A DNA stretch of 64,000 bases from an uncultured bacterium (GCA_963749495.1 CAVVMW010000004.1:352001-416000); one strand, 5' to 3'; counted from the stretch's first letter, positions 49,137 to 60,461 are shown. Made by a program: numbers and translations. Notes: generated by a model from the letters alone, not told the origin.

Positions 49137-52017
49137 ATGAATAAGTCAAAATCGATTCTCGTCCTTCGCGGGCAAGGTGTCCCTCGCTTCATCCCCCTGT
49201 TCTTGATGACGCTCAGTCTCTCAGTGAGCCCGATGGAGGGAGCCGACGTGCTGGACAGCTCGTTGATAGTGCGCCTGAACTTCGATGCCGCCCCGGTGGG
49301 CAACGTGATCGTCGATAAGAGCCCGGCAGGCCTTCACCCGGGGACCAACAACATGGCCACCTGGGTGGCCAGTGAGGACGGGCGGCAAGGGGTGATGTTT
49401 TTCAACGGCGGCGACCCCGACCAGATTACAGTGGCACCCGCCGCGGACCTCAACTCGACCGTTGGCACCATTGCGTTCTGGGTGCAATCCAGCAACGTGA
49501 CGGCCACTCCAAACCCTGGCGCGGTCCTGTTCGACCGCCGGGCCGCCGGGGGGGATCTGATCTACCAAGCGCCCAATGGTCATCTGGCCAACCAGGCCGA
49601 ACAGGGCGGCGGCGAAGTCGTCAATTCCCAGACCACGGCAGCCAACCTGACCGACGGGCAATGGCACCACGTGGCCTATGTTTATGACCAGTCATCCCGG
49701 GGCACGGTCTCCTTCTATGTTGACGGAGTGCTGGACACGATGGCCACTAACGCTTCGCAGGCCTGGTTCTGGGTGGCGACTCAGGAAGTCGAACTCGGCT
49801 CCTCTCACGACACTTCTTGGGCGGGCTACACCGGGTTCCTCGATGATTTCCGGATTTACAACCGGATGTTGAGCGCGGCGGAAGTTGCCAGCGTGGCGGG
49901 GTTGGCCACGAATGCGCAAATCGTCATCATGACCGGAGGCCAGCCTCAGGATGTCTCTGTAGCCGAGAAAGATACCGCCTCCTTCCGCGTGAAGGCCACG
50001 GTGGTCAATGGCAATCCAGCCCAGTTGGCTTACCAATGGCAGAAGAACAACACCAACGTTATCGGGGCGACCAATGCCACCTACGCTTTCACCGTTGCCG
50101 CGGCGGACAACGGCGCGAAGCTGCAGGTGCAGCTCTCCTATCCCGGAGCCACGAACGTGACCAGCACCCAAGCGACGCTCACCCTGGTGCCCGAAGTCGT
50201 CGTGATCTACAATTTTGACGCGGCGCCGGTTGGGGATGTGATTGTGGACAGCTCTACCAACACGGCCGCGCCACACAACGGCGTCAACGTCGGCGCCACC
50301 TGGGTGGCTTCCCAGGGGGGCCATCAAGGGGTGATGTACTTCGATGGCACGGTGCCGGACCAGATCACGCTGGCCCCCGCGCCCGAGCTGGACTCGGCGC
50401 GTGGCACCATCGCCTTCTGGATGCAATCCAGCAACGTGACCCAGGTTCCCAATCCGTATGCGATCCTCTTCGATCGCCGCGCTGGAGCGGCCGACAATTT
50501 GCCCACGACGGGCGGCAACGTCATTTACCAGGCGCCCGACGGCCATTTGGCCAACCAGGCGCAGGCCCCGGGAGCAGGAAACGTCAACGCGGGAGAGACC
50601 GCTTTCAACTCACCCGACAACCAGTGGCACCACGTCGCGTATCTTTACGATCAGAGCGCGGGCGGCTTTGTCTCATTCTACGTTGATGGCGCCTTGGACA
50701 CCACCAGGGTCAACACCGCGCCTTGGGCCTGGGTCCCCCAAGAGGAGATCGAAATCGGCCAATCGCACGATCCCTTCTGGTCGGGCTATAGCGGTTTCCT
50801 GGACGAGTTCCGCATTTACAACCGGGTGCTCGCTCCCTCGGAAATCGCTCAATTGGCCGGCCTGGGTCCCCAGCCACAAATTCTCATCAGCCGCCAGCCT
50901 GCCAGCCTGGTCACCGGCGTCAACGACAAACCAACCTTTAGCGTCACCGCCAGCGTCATCAATGGTGACGCGGCCAAACTGGTCTATGCATGGCGCAAGA
51001 ACGGCACCAACATCGGCGGCGCAACCAGCGCCGGCTACTCCTTCACGGTGGCCGCGGCCGACGACGGCGCGAGCTTCCAGGTGCAACTCTCCTATCCTGG
51101 GGCGACGAACGTTACGTCCACCAGCGCAACCTTGACGGTCCTGCCGGAGATTGCCGTGCATTATGCGTTCGATGCCGCGCCGCAAAACAACGTCATCGTG
51201 GACAGTTCGCCAACCGGGAACAACAACGGGGTGAATGTGGGGGCCAACTGGTTGGCCACCCAGGATGGCCGCACCAACGTAATGAGCTTCGACCCCACTG
51301 TGCCGAGCCAGATTACAATCGCCGGCGCTCCCTCAATGAACTCGATGCGCGGCACCATCGCCTTCTGGATGGAATCATCCCAGACCACACCCACGCCTAA
51401 CCCCTATGCCATGCTGCTCGATCGCCGCGCCATGCCGGCGGACGGCGTGCCGGTGACCGGAGGAGACGTGATTTACCAATTGCCATCCGGCCAACTCTCC
51501 GATCAGGCGGAAGTGGCTGGCCGGTCCCGGGCCAATACGATCAGCACCGCGGCCAACCCAACCAACGGCCGGTGGCATCATGTGGCGTACGTCTATGACC
51601 AAACCGCCCAAGGCTTCGTCGGGTTCTACGTCGATGGTGTTCTGGACGGAACCCAAGGCAACAGCCAATCCTGGGTACTGGGTGCCGGATGAAGAGATCG
51701 AAATTGGCGAATCCCACGATCCCTGGTGGTCCGCGTACGGCGGCTATCTCGCGGACCTCCGCATTTACAACCGGGTGTTGTCCGCCGGTGAAATTGCTCA
51801 GTTGGCGGGCGTGGCCGTTGCCTCCCCGGCCCTGGGCTTCAGTGTTGCCGGTGGCAAACTGACCTTGAGTTGGTCTCAGGCAGGATTCGTTTTGCAGCAG
51901 AACAGCAATCTGAGCAACCCCGCCGGTTGGGCCAATGTCGCCAACGGAGGCATCAGCCCGGTAGTGATCACTCTGCCACCGACGGGCGTGAACTTTTATC
52001 GCTTGAAGCAGCCCTAG
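49137..52017 (+). CDS. Secreted 3x LamG/ConA + 2x Ig protein with ...FYRL C-terminal domain; frameshift near 51675
   Basis: Three GTIAFW...WHHVAY.YD...FYVDG...RIYNR.L repeats; YQWQKN Ig domains; ends VNFYRLKQP. Confidence 0.88.
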
Positions 52018-52073
52018 TCGCGCCCGGCCATTGCTGTGGCCCGCCCTGGAGAGCGAGGGGGCAAGAACTGCCG

Positions 52074-52910
52074 ATGAACGCCAGACTTATGAACGCCAAA
52101 CTCCCGAACGCCAAACCCCCATCGCCACTCAGCGTTGCAGCGGCTCGGTGCCGGCGGGGCTTCACGCTCATCGAACTGTTGGTGGTGATTGCCATTATCG
52201 CCATTCTGGCCGCGCTGCTGCTGCCCGCCTTGGCCCGGGCCAAATCGAAGGCGCAGCGCATCAGTTGCGGCAGCAACCTCCGGCAGTTGGCTGTGGCCGC
52301 GATCATGTACCAGCATGATACCGGAAGACCGATTGATTACCCGGACGTCACCACGCTGTGGATGAAAACGCTCCTGGATTATCAGGCCCGGGTGGCAGCA
52401 ATCCGGCTCTGTCCATCGGCGTCCGATACAAACCACCCCAGCGGCGATGCCGGTCATCCCTGGGAATGGGATAGCGGGGTGTTCGGCAGTTACGCCATCA
52501 ACGGCTGGCTCTATCCTTTCAAGGGAGGCACGCAATTGTATTTTCCTGATGACGGCGCCAAGTGTTTTCCGACGGATACATCAATTCCTCAATCTTCGAG
52601 GACTCCCTATTTCGTGGACGCGGCCTGGCCGGACCTCTGGCCCAAAGCGACAGATTACCCCACTCCCAATCTTTATACCGGCGGCACTACGGTGGGCAAT
52701 GAGATCCAGCGGTGCCTGATGGCGCGCCATGACAGCCGCGGCCCGACTGGCGCGCCCCGCAACGCCAACATCCATCAGAAGCTGCCCGGCGCCATCAACG
52801 TCGTTTGTGCCGACAGTCATGTCGAACTCGCGCCGCTGGAGAACCTCTGGAATTTCCAATGGCACTTTGGCTACGTTATGCCCAACCCCCGGCCGGGCAG
52901 AACGCCCTGA
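52074..52910 (+). CDS. Prepilin-type N-terminal cleavage / H-X9-DG-type protein
   Basis: [47 protein letters not shown]. Confidence 0.92.
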   Translation: MNARLMNAKLPNAKPPSPLSVAAARCRRGFTLIELLVVIAIIAILAALLLPALARAKSKAQRISCGSNLRQLAVAAIMYQHDTGRPIDYPDVTTLWMKTLLDYQARVAAIRLCPSASDTNHPSGDAGHPWEWDSGVFGSYAINGWLYPFKGGTQLYFPDDGAKCFPTDTSIPQSSRTPYFVDAAWPDLWPKATDYPTPNLYTGGTTVGNEIQRCLMARHDSRGPTGAPRNANIHQKLPGAINVVCADSHVELAPLENLWNFQWHFGYVMPNPRPGRTP

Positions 52911-53001
52911 GGTCCGGTTCCCTGCTCCACACCTCAACGGTCACAGGCTCGTTTGGTTTCCAGTTGACGACCGCAAGCCGATCCGATAATGTAGGTACGC
53001 T

Positions 53002-53309
53002 GTGAGTACAAAGACTCGAACTCGTTTGTTGAAACCGCGCCCGCGGGCCTCCACGCGGATCAATCTGCGGGTGGATTCACGCGTCAAAGCCACGCTGGTG
53101 CGCGCTGCGAATCGCAGCGGCTCAAATTAACGGAGTTCATGGTCAGGGCCTCCCAGGCCGCGGCCGAAAACGCCCTGGCGGAGCGCACTCGGTTTGTCTT
53201 GTCCCCCGAAAAATGGCGGGAGTTCAACGCGGCCCTCGATGCCCCGGCGCGGCAGATTCCGGCCCTGCGCGAGCTTTTCACGGGGTCTGCGGCCCTTAGG
53301 CCCGCATAA
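53002..53309 (+). pseudogene. DUF1778/TacA-type RHH antitoxin; frameshift near 53110
   Basis: RINLRVD..VKATLVRAA / LKLTEFM..S..AAENALAERTRFVLSPEKW.EF.AALDAP. Confidence 0.8.
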
Positions 53310-53812
53310 GCCTCCTGCCTCCCGCGCTGATTACCGCGGAGCACCAGGTGGAGACCTTCGATTGCGGCAAGGAATCTCTGAATCAATACCTGAAACGTTT
53401 CGCGCTGACGAACACGGCCGCAGGCAGCGCACGCACGTATGTGACGACCGTCACCCGGGAGGTGTCGGTGATTGGCTACTATTCTTTGGCGGCCGGCGCC
53501 GTTGAGCGAGCCGCCGTTCCGGAGCGGGTGGCCAAGGGGATTTCGAATCAACCCGTGCCGGTGGTCCTGTTGGCTCGGCTGGCGGTCAATCGCCGCTTTC
53601 AGGGCCAAGGTGTCGGCAAGGGTCTGCTGCGGGACGCGCTACTGCGGTCTCTGGCGGCAGCGGAAGCCGTCGGAGTCCGCGCCGTCCTCGTTCATGCCAA
53701 GGATGAGCAAGCCGCAGGCTTTTACCGCCAGTTCGGATTCACCCCTTCACCCACAGACCCGCTTCATCTGATGCTCTTGATGAAGGACCTCCGGCGGACG
53801 CTTCGGACCTAA
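53306..53812 (+). CDS. GNAT toxin (TacT/AtaT-type); expected start codon reads ATA
   Basis: FDCGKESLNQYL, PVPVVLLARLAV...QGQGVG..LL.DAL, VHAKDE.A..FY..FGF. Confidence 0.85.
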   Translation: MSLLPPALITAEHQVETFDCGKESLNQYLKRFALTNTAAGSARTYVTTVTREVSVIGYYSLAAGAVERAAVPERVAKGISNQPVPVVLLARLAVNRRFQGQGVGKGLLRDALLRSLAAAEAVGVRAVLVHAKDEQAAGFYRQFGFTPSPTDPLHLMLLMKDLRRTLRT

Positions 53813-53888
53813 CTGCCTTGCAGGACGGCATGCCGATTGGCGAAAAAAAGCGGTTGTGCATCGCTGGGCCGCGGGTCATGCTCGGTCC

Positions 53889-56800
53889 ATGAAAATCGAA
53901 GCTATTCTGGCCAGGTTGGCTGCCGCCGTTTCTTCCCCCGCCGCCGCTCCACGGAGCCTCCGGAAAGGGAAGTCCCGCCTGCGAACCGCGACAACCTGGC
54001 TAGCTGTGGTTGCGGCGTTCGTTGGCGCGGCCCGGGCGCGAGAAATCCAGCCGCTGGGGGGACAATGGAGGTTCCAGCTCGATGCCCAGAAGGTGGGAAC
54101 AGACCAGAAATGGTACGCCGCCCCACTGGACGGCGGGGTAACGATCAAACTGCCCGGCACGATGGACGACGCCGGCCTTGGCCCCCGGAACACCCAACCC
54201 CCGACGCTCGCCGGGCCCTACCGGCTTTTCGACTACGCCGGTCCGGCCTGGTGCCAACGGGACATCGAGCTACCGGCGACCTGGGCCGGCCAGCGGGTCT
54301 CGCTGTTTCTGGAACGCTGCCGATGGGTGACGCGTGTCTGGCTCGACAACAGGTTCATCGGCACGCAGGACAGTCTGATAGCGCCGCACCTCTATGATTT
54401 CGGGGTGGACGTCGCACCCGGCAAACATCGTCTGACCCTCTGCGTGGACAACACCGTGAAGCTGGATCTCGGCACCTTCGTTTCCGCTTTGTTCGGCGGC
54501 ACGCCGGGCAACATGAACGGGGTCATTGGCCGCATCGAACTGGCCGCCACGCCGCCCGTGTGGATTGACCAGGTCCAGGTTTACCCGGACACGGACCAGC
54601 AACAGGCCCGCGTTGTGGTGCAGATCGGCAATGCCACGGGCCGGGCCGGCCATGGAACGGTGCGCATCGCCGGCAAGGACCTGGAGGCGGCCTGGGATGC
54701 AAACGGCGGACGTGTCGAGGCGGCCGTGGACATGAGCGGGGCGAAGTTATGGGACGAGTTCTCGCCGGACCTCCAGGAGTTGACGGTAACGCTGGGCGGC
54801 GACAACCGCACCGTGCGGTTCGGCATGCGCAAGTTTGCGGCCAAAGGGACACAGTTCACGATGAACGGGCGCCCCCTGTTCCTGCGCGGCACGCTGGAGT
54901 GCTCGGTGTGGCCGCTCACCGGCTACCCGCCCACCGACGTGCCGTCGTGGCAGCGGATTTACCAGGTCATGAAATCCTATGGGCTGAATTTCATCCGGTT
55001 CCACTCGTGGTGTCCGCCCGAGGCGGCGTTTGCGGCGGCGGATGCCGAGGGGGTCATGATCCAGGCCGAAGGGCCGCAGGCAAACGTCGAGGCCGGGATC
55101 GATTCAAAGCGCGATGCCTTCATCGAGGCGGAATTCAAACGGATCGTGGACACCTACGGCAATCATCCCTCGTTCTGCACGATGACGCTCGGCAACGAGT
55201 ACGGCGGCAACGGGGCGCTGCTGGCGCGCTGGGTTGACATGCTAATCAAACGCGACCCGCGCCACCTCTATTCGTCGGCCTCGTGCGCCCAGACGACCGC
55301 CAACCGCCAGTGGACGGAACTGGCGGACGGGCGGGGCGTGGGCGGGCCCGGCACGCAGCATGACCTGCGCGGCGTGGTCGCCAGTGACGGGCGCCCGATT
55401 ATCGGGCACGAAATCGGCCAATGGATGTTCTTCCCGGACTTCAACGAGATCAAGAAGTACACCGGTGTGATGGCGGTGCGGAACTTCGAGGTGATCCGCG
55501 ATGACCTTGCGAAGAAGCACCTGCTGGACCTGGCGCCGCAATTCGCGCAGGCCTGCGGAAACCACGCGGTGCTGCTCTACAAGGAGGAGATCGAAGTGTT
55601 GCGGCGCACACCGGGTTATGCCGGCTTCTCGTTGCTCGACCTCCACGATTACCCGACGCAAGGCACGGCCCTGGTCGGCCCTCTCGATCCGTTCTGGGAC
55701 TCCAAGGGCTTCATCACGCCCGCGGCCTGGCGGAGATTCTGCGGGCCGACGGTCCCGCTGCTCCGCATGCCCAAGCGCACATACACCCTCGACAAACCGT
55801 TCAGCGCGACGGCCGACATTTCGCACTTCGGTCCCGCCGACCTGCCCAACGCGCAGCCTCTCTGGGACATCAAAGATGAGCGCGGGCGCGAGGTGGCATC
55901 AGGGGCATTGCCCGCGTTGAGCGTGCCGACCGGCAAGCTGACGCCGCTGGGCGCCTTCTCCGCGTCCCTGGCCAAAGCCGGCGCCCCGGGCAAGTTGACG
56001 GTGACGGTCTCGCTGGCCGGCTTTTCCAACGACTGGGAGATCTGGGTTTATCCGCCCGCCAGGGCTGCGGAGGCGCCGGCCGGCGTGGTGATCAGCGGCG
56101 CCTGGGATGCCCAGACCAAAACCGCGCTGGCTGCCGGCAAGAGCGTCGTGTTGTTCCCGAAAAACACCAACCGCCGGTCCTCCTTGCGCGGCAGCTTCAT
56201 GCCCGTGTTCTGGAGCCCGGTCTGGTTCCCGACACAGCAACCCAATGCCAACGGCATCCTCTGTGACCCGCGCCACCCGGCCTTGGCCCGGTTCCCCACC
56301 GAGTCCCACAGCAACTGGCAGTGGTGGGAATTGCTCAACAACTCCCGCACCCTCATCCTGGACGACGCGCCGGCCGAGTTCCACCCCATCGTGCAAGTCG
56401 TCAACAACTTCGCCCGCAACCATAAGCTGGGCAATCTGTTCGAGGCGCGCGTCGGCCCCGGCAAACTGCTGGTCTGCGCGATAGACCTGCCCCGCATCGC
56501 GGGCCGGCAACCGGCCGCAAACCAGTTGCTCGAGAGCCTCTGGGCCTACGCCGGCTCGTCGTCGTTCCGGCCCGCGCAGACGCTGGAAAGCACAATGCTC
56601 GACGGCCTCTTCGCCTCGAAGTCAACCAACCTCCTGCAGAACCTCGGGGCGAAGATTCACGCGGACAGCGAAGCGCCGGGCTATGAGGCGGCGCGGGCGA
56701 TCGACGACGACCCCGACACCTGCTGGCACACGCAGTGGGAACCGTCGCCTGCACCGATGCCCCACGAGTTGGTGGTTGAGTTCGGCCGCCAGGTCACGCT

Positions 56801-57035
56801 CACCGGCCTCACTTATCTGCCCCGCCAAGACATGGCCAACGGCCGCATCGCCCGGTGCGAGGTCTTCGCTGATGGCAATCGGGTCGCCTCGGTGAGGTGG
56901 CCGAACAGCAGCGAACTCCAGACGCTGCGGTTCAGCCAGCCCGTCACCACCCGCACGTTGCGGTTGGTGATCAAGTCTGAGGTCAACGGCAATCCCTTCG
57001 CCAGCGTCGCGGAACTGGATGTGCTCGTCAAATGA
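53889..57035 (+). CDS. GH2-family glycoside hydrolase with C-terminal F5/8 type C (CBM32-like) domain
   Basis: LFLRGTLEC, GLNFIRFHSWCPPEAAF, NHPSF...GNE, IGHEIGQW; AIDDDPDTCWHT...YLPRQD. Confidence 0.88.
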   Translation: MKIEAILARLAAAVSSPAAAPRSLRKGKSRLRTATTWLAVVAAFVGAARAREIQPLGGQWRFQLDAQKVGTDQKWYAAPLDGGVTIKLPGTMDDAGLGPRNTQPPTLAGPYRLFDYAGPAWCQRDIELPATWAGQRVSLFLERCRWVTRVWLDNRFIGTQDSLIAPHLYDFGVDVAPGKHRLTLCVDNTVKLDLGTFVSALFGGTPGNMNGVIGRIELAATPPVWIDQVQVYPDTDQQQARVVVQIGNATGRAGHGTVRIAGKDLEAAWDANGGRVEAAVDMSGAKLWDEFSPDLQELTVTLGGDNRTVRFGMRKFAAKGTQFTMNGRPLFLRGTLECSVWPLTGYPPTDVPSWQRIYQVMKSYGLNFIRFHSWCPPEAAFAAADAEGVMIQAEGPQANVEAGIDSKRDAFIEAEFKRIVDTYGNHPSFCTMTLGNEYGGNGALLARWVDMLIKRDPRHLYSSASCAQTTANRQWTELADGRGVGGPGTQHDLRGVVASDGRPIIGHEIGQWMFFPDFNEIKKYTGVMAVRNFEVIRDDLAKKHLLDLAPQFAQACGNHAVLLYKEEIEVLRRTPGYAGFSLLDLHDYPTQGTALVGPLDPFWDSKGFITPAAWRRFCGPTVPLLRMPKRTYTLDKPFSATADISHFGPADLPNAQPLWDIKDERGREVASGALPALSVPTGKLTPLGAFSASLAKAGAPGKLTVTVSLAGFSNDWEIWVYPPARAAEAPAGVVISGAWDAQTKTALAAGKSVVLFPKNTNRRSSLRGSFMPVFWSPVWFPTQQPNANGILCDPRHPALARFPTESHSNWQWWELLNNSRTLILDDAPAEFHPIVQVVNNFARNHKLGNLFEARVGPGKLLVCAIDLPRIAGRQPAANQLLESLWAYAGSSSFRPAQTLESTMLDGLFASKSTNLLQNLGAKIHADSEAPGYEAARAIDDDPDTCWHTQWEPSPAPMPHELVVEFGRQVTLTGLTYLPRQDMANGRIARCEVFADGNRVASVRWPNSSELQTLRFSQPVTTRTLRLVIKSEVNGNPFASVAELDVLVK

Positions 57036-57050
57036 CTGTTCAGGTCGCGC

Positions 57051-57124
57051 ATAGGAGCGCGGACGCCCCGTCCGCGCGTTATTTTGCTGCCAGAGCCGCG
57101 CGGACGAGGCGTCCGCGCTCCTAT
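57051..57124. repeat. Complete REP doublet family B
   Basis: ATAGGAGCGCGGACG-CCC-CGTCCGCG ... CGCGGACG-AGG-CGTCCGCGCTCCTAT. Confidence 0.88.
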
Positions 57125-57186
57125 CCGATGGCACTTTTCACTGCAACGTGAGCGATTACCACCGCTTAAGGCCATCCATCTCAACC

Positions 57187-57250
57187 ATGCAAATTGAATT
57201 TCCCGGATTGTTCGACCTTCAGGTCAACGGCTGTGGCGGCGTGGACTTCA
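57187..57250 (+). pseudogene. nagA: N-terminal stub of an N-acetylglucosamine-6-phosphate deacetylase
   Basis: MQIEFPGLFDLQVNGCGGVDF matches the NagA N-terminal motif; the rest is absent. Confidence 0.7.
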
Positions 57251-59179
57251 CCGAAAGTCCACAACCGCGATTTCATAGACATTGACTCGAGGGACACGGA
57301 AGGAAACGCAATCGGACTGCTGCTCGAACGCCAGTTCTATGTTCTGCGTGTGCTCGGGGCTGGTTAATCTCACAGCCTGGGCCGTCTTTCCCGGCGGCAG
57401 CAGCAGATGCACGGCGGCATTGGTGACCGGGGCATCCGATCGATAATTGACCAGGTGTACGAGCCGGCGCCCGGCCTGCTCCGTGAGTTCGGCACACAAG
57501 CCAGCCGGCGCCTCGACGGAAAGTGAGAGCCGCCCGCCACTGGCCTGCCGGACCGCGCCAACACAATCGCCCGTTTCCGGGAACCGGACCACGCGGGCGG
57601 AGGGCAGATCCTCCAGGACGGGTTTGGACCTCGCCCTGAGCCACTGATCATGCGTTGCCACCGGCCCGATGATGCACAGCCGCCCGCCCGAAGCTGCGTA
57701 GTGTTTGAGCCGCTTGATTTGCCCATCGGAGAGCGCGATGCACCCCGCCAGGACCACGACCCGATAGCGGTGCAAATCGCTCATTTGATCATCGTAGAGG
57801 ATCTGGAAGGGAACGCGATTTTCGATCAGCGCCTGTTCCGCGTCGCCGGCAAGCTGGGCCCACTTCGGCTCCGCATAGACCTGCGAGGGAAAGCTGCGGA
57901 CAATGGCGACATCGGCGACGGCCTGGGCGTTGCGGAAGAGGTCGCGGCGGCTCGTGAAAAACCGGGTGCAAGGCGCGAGGTTCGTCGAGACAGGTTGGTC
58001 CGACCCCGGCCTGGCGACGAGCTTCCCGTATTCGAACCAGCAGACACACCCCAGACAGTCGAGGTTGAAGGCCATCGCTTCCGCAGCCTCCAGCGGCGTG
58101 GTGGTGTAAGCGAACGCGAGGTTGCCCAGGGAGCGTCCCAGTTTGTAGGTGCGGATGCGGGTGCGCAGGACGCCGTCGCGGTAGCCTGGCGTCACATCCT
58201 CATCCCAGAAGGCCTCCCCTGCCGTGAGCAATCTCCCATGGTCCACCGGCGGTTGGATGCCGCGCCCAGGCCCGCCGGGATTGCACTCGACCAGGATGTC
58301 CTTTCGCTGCGCGCGGGCATACCGAGCCATGTCGCGATAGGAATCCGCCAGTGACTGGCAGCAGAAGTCCAGCCAGGCGCGCCTTTGCAGGCTATCCCCG
58401 GCTCCGTCAGCGGGCGGCAGAACATGGCTCAGGTCGCCGAGGCCCATGGTCCGGAGTTCCCTTGAGGTAAAGGTCTTTCCGAGGTAACCGCGAAACCGCT
58501 GGACGGAGCGGGCCTCAAAGCCGGGACCGACGTTATAGTTGTCAAAGTGGAGGAGGTCGGCGCGGATGTCCCGGATGGCGAAGCGAACCAGTCCGTGGTA
58601 GAAGGACTGGGCGTCGGGATGGTTGCGGTTCCAGAAGTAGCGATACGGCGCCGAGTCGTAAGTGACGGGCTTGCCGGCCTGGTCCAGGACGACCCAGTCC
58701 CTGGCTTCCGGGTGCTCGTTGAAGAAGAGCTCCCAGCCAAAGGCGCCGCTGAAATTGTAAACCCCCACGTGCAGACCCGCGTCGTGGCAGAGTTGAGCAA
58801 ATCGGACGGCGTCAGCCATGCTCTGACGCTCGGCGCTGAGCCCGAATCCCTTGTAGGCGTGCATCATCACGAAATTGACGCCCAGGGCGTTGAGTTGAGC
58901 AACCATTTCCGGGCTGTGTTCGCGGGCGTACGCGGCCAGTTGATCCGGGGCCGGCTCGTAGCCGTTGGCCCCGTCGCGGCGCACACGAAACAAGAGCGGT
59001 TCCCAACTGCCCGCCATAACGATGCCGTCGCTTTGAAGCCACGCCGGCCGTTTGGCCGGCGGCAAGGTCAGCGGCTTCGAGTGTCCCGAGGCAGCCAGGG
59101 ACGCCCCGAGCAGCACAGCGCCTCCAATCCGCGCCCAAGATGGTTTTGCGGAGAACACAAGATCGGCCTTGGGTTTCAT
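57248..59179 (-). CDS. Exported putative glycoside hydrolase (TIM barrel + trimerization/GATase-like domain)
   Basis: Signal peptide, KGFGLSAE, HDAGLHVGVY, DLLHFDN, DLHRYRVVVL...LSD, LVHLVNY. Confidence 0.7.
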   Translation of the reverse strand: MKPKADLVFSAKPSWARIGGAVLLGASLAASGHSKPLTLPPAKRPAWLQSDGIVMAGSWEPLLFRVRRDGANGYEPAPDQLAAYAREHSPEMVAQLNALGVNFVMMHAYKGFGLSAERQSMADAVRFAQLCHDAGLHVGVYNFSGAFGWELFFNEHPEARDWVVLDQAGKPVTYDSAPYRYFWNRNHPDAQSFYHGLVRFAIRDIRADLLHFDNYNVGPGFEARSVQRFRGYLGKTFTSRELRTMGLGDLSHVLPPADGAGDSLQRRAWLDFCCQSLADSYRDMARYARAQRKDILVECNPGGPGRGIQPPVDHGRLLTAGEAFWDEDVTPGYRDGVLRTRIRTYKLGRSLGNLAFAYTTTPLEAAEAMAFNLDCLGCVCWFEYGKLVARPGSDQPVSTNLAPCTRFFTSRRDLFRNAQAVADVAIVRSFPSQVYAEPKWAQLAGDAEQALIENRVPFQILYDDQMSDLHRYRVVVLAGCIALSDGQIKRLKHYAASGGRLCIIGPVATHDQWLRARSKPVLEDLPSARVVRFPETGDCVGAVRQASGGRLSLSVEAPAGLCAELTEQAGRRLVHLVNYRSDAPVTNAAVHLLLPPGKTAQAVRLTSPEHTQNIELAFEQQSDCVSFRVPRVNVYEIAVVDFR

Positions 59180-59213
59180 TGTCGTGTTCCGGGCAGAAAG
59201 TGCCGCCTCAGTT

Positions 59214-59261
59214 TTCACGGTTCAGGGTTCAGGGTTCAGGGTTCAGGGTTCACGGTTCAGG
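59214..59261. repeat. Heptamer array (TTCAGGG/TTCACGG)x7
   Basis: Direct reading. Confidence 0.9.
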
Positions 59262-59408
59262 TTTGCGCACTTGCTCGGAGTGTTCTGCAACTGGAGCTCT
59301 GTCGTCAACCGCCGATTCGCCGCCCGGTTGATCCGGAGCGCACGACAGAATTCTTCGGGTACACGATGGAACCGGCGGTGCGGACGCTGGACGCCAAAGG
59401 CGTCGTTC

Positions 59409-59522
59409 TTCCGCGTATTCCGCGTATTCTGCGGTCGCCCTCAGATGCCAACTTTTCATGGCCGGCGAGGCTAGCAAAGCTCCGAAGAAGAATGAACCGC
59501 GGAATACGCGGAATACGCGGAA
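59409..59522. repeat. 27-bp inverted repeat built from 9-mers (TTCCGCGTA)
   Basis: 59409-59435 vs 59496-59522, one mismatch. Confidence 0.85.
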
Positions 59523-59796
59523 ATGAACAGGTCTAATGGTAACTATTTTGTCCCGCACCCGTGGACCCAGGGCGGCCCGGCGCTCGGCCCTGGAGGGCGT
59601 GGGCGGCCTGATTGACTTCGCCATCCTCGGCAGCGCGGACCGCTACATGGCTGCGGGTCTCCTCGGATTCATGGAGGACACCATCGCGACAACGTGCAGC
59701 CCCATTTTTTTGCTGCAAACGGGTGCATTCCAGCGTAAACAACTCCCCGGGACTTATGGGACTGGGGCATGATTTCCAGGAACATCAATATTGATG

Positions 59797-59830
59797 TTGA
59801 CTCTCCACGGACTTCACTGTAGAGTTCTAC
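59797..59830 (+). promoter_or_regulatory. Candidate sigma70 promoter with palindrome
   Basis: TTGACT-17 bp-TAGAGT; GTAGA-GT-TCTAC overlaps the -10 box. Confidence 0.5.
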
Positions 59831-59843
59831 TAAGCAATGAGTT

Positions 59844-60206
59844 ATGAGCAAGACGAACTTTGATGTTTTTCTGGAAGAGCAACTCCTCGACCCGGATTTT
59901 GCGGAGCGGTTCAAACGGGCCGGTGAGGCCTGGGACGTGGCTCTGCAGATTGCGGCGCTTCGCGAAAGGGCCGGCCTTTCCCAAAAAGACCTCGCGCGCA
60001 AACTCAAGACCTCCCAGCAGCAGATCAGCCGGCTCGAATCGCCCTCTTACGAAGGCCATTCCCTGAGTATGCTCCGCCGCGTGGCCAAGGCCTTGAGCGC
60101 GAGGGTTCGCGTGGTCCTCGAGCCGGAGGCAGGGACGCGGAGTGGCCACCTCGCCGAATCCCCTTCGCCCTACAGAACTAAACGCGCTCCCGCCGCCAAG
60201 CCTTGA
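59844..60206 (+). CDS. XRE-family HTH antitoxin-like regulator (orphan)
   Basis: LRERAGLSQKDLARKLKTSQQQISRLE....GHSLSMLRRVAKAL. Confidence 0.88.
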   Translation: MSKTNFDVFLEEQLLDPDFAERFKRAGEAWDVALQIAALRERAGLSQKDLARKLKTSQQQISRLESPSYEGHSLSMLRRVAKALSARVRVVLEPEAGTRSGHLAESPSPYRTKRAPAAKP

Positions 60207-60272
60207 ATCCAGCCCTCCGCAATTAGTTCCGCCAGCACAACGAAGACTCCATCAACCTGTGAGGAGGCGGCC

Positions 60273-60461
60273 GTCCCCTTCGAGGAAATAACCCGCCTGT
60301 TCGAAGCGAAGGGTTTTCGGGTGCGGATCTCCGGCAGCCATCATATCTTTACCCGGCCCGGCGTCTTGGAGCGTATTAACCTCCAGCGTGAAGGGTCTAG
60401 GGCCAAGACCTATCAGGTTCGGCAAGTCCGCAAAATCCTGGCCTTGTACAAACTGCTATGA
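60273..60461 (+). pseudogene. hicA: HicA toxin lacking a start codon
   Basis: VPFEEITRLFEAKGFRVRISGSHHIFTRPGVLERINLQ...KTYQVRQV; no ATG/GTG/TTG in frame back to 60206. Confidence 0.8.
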
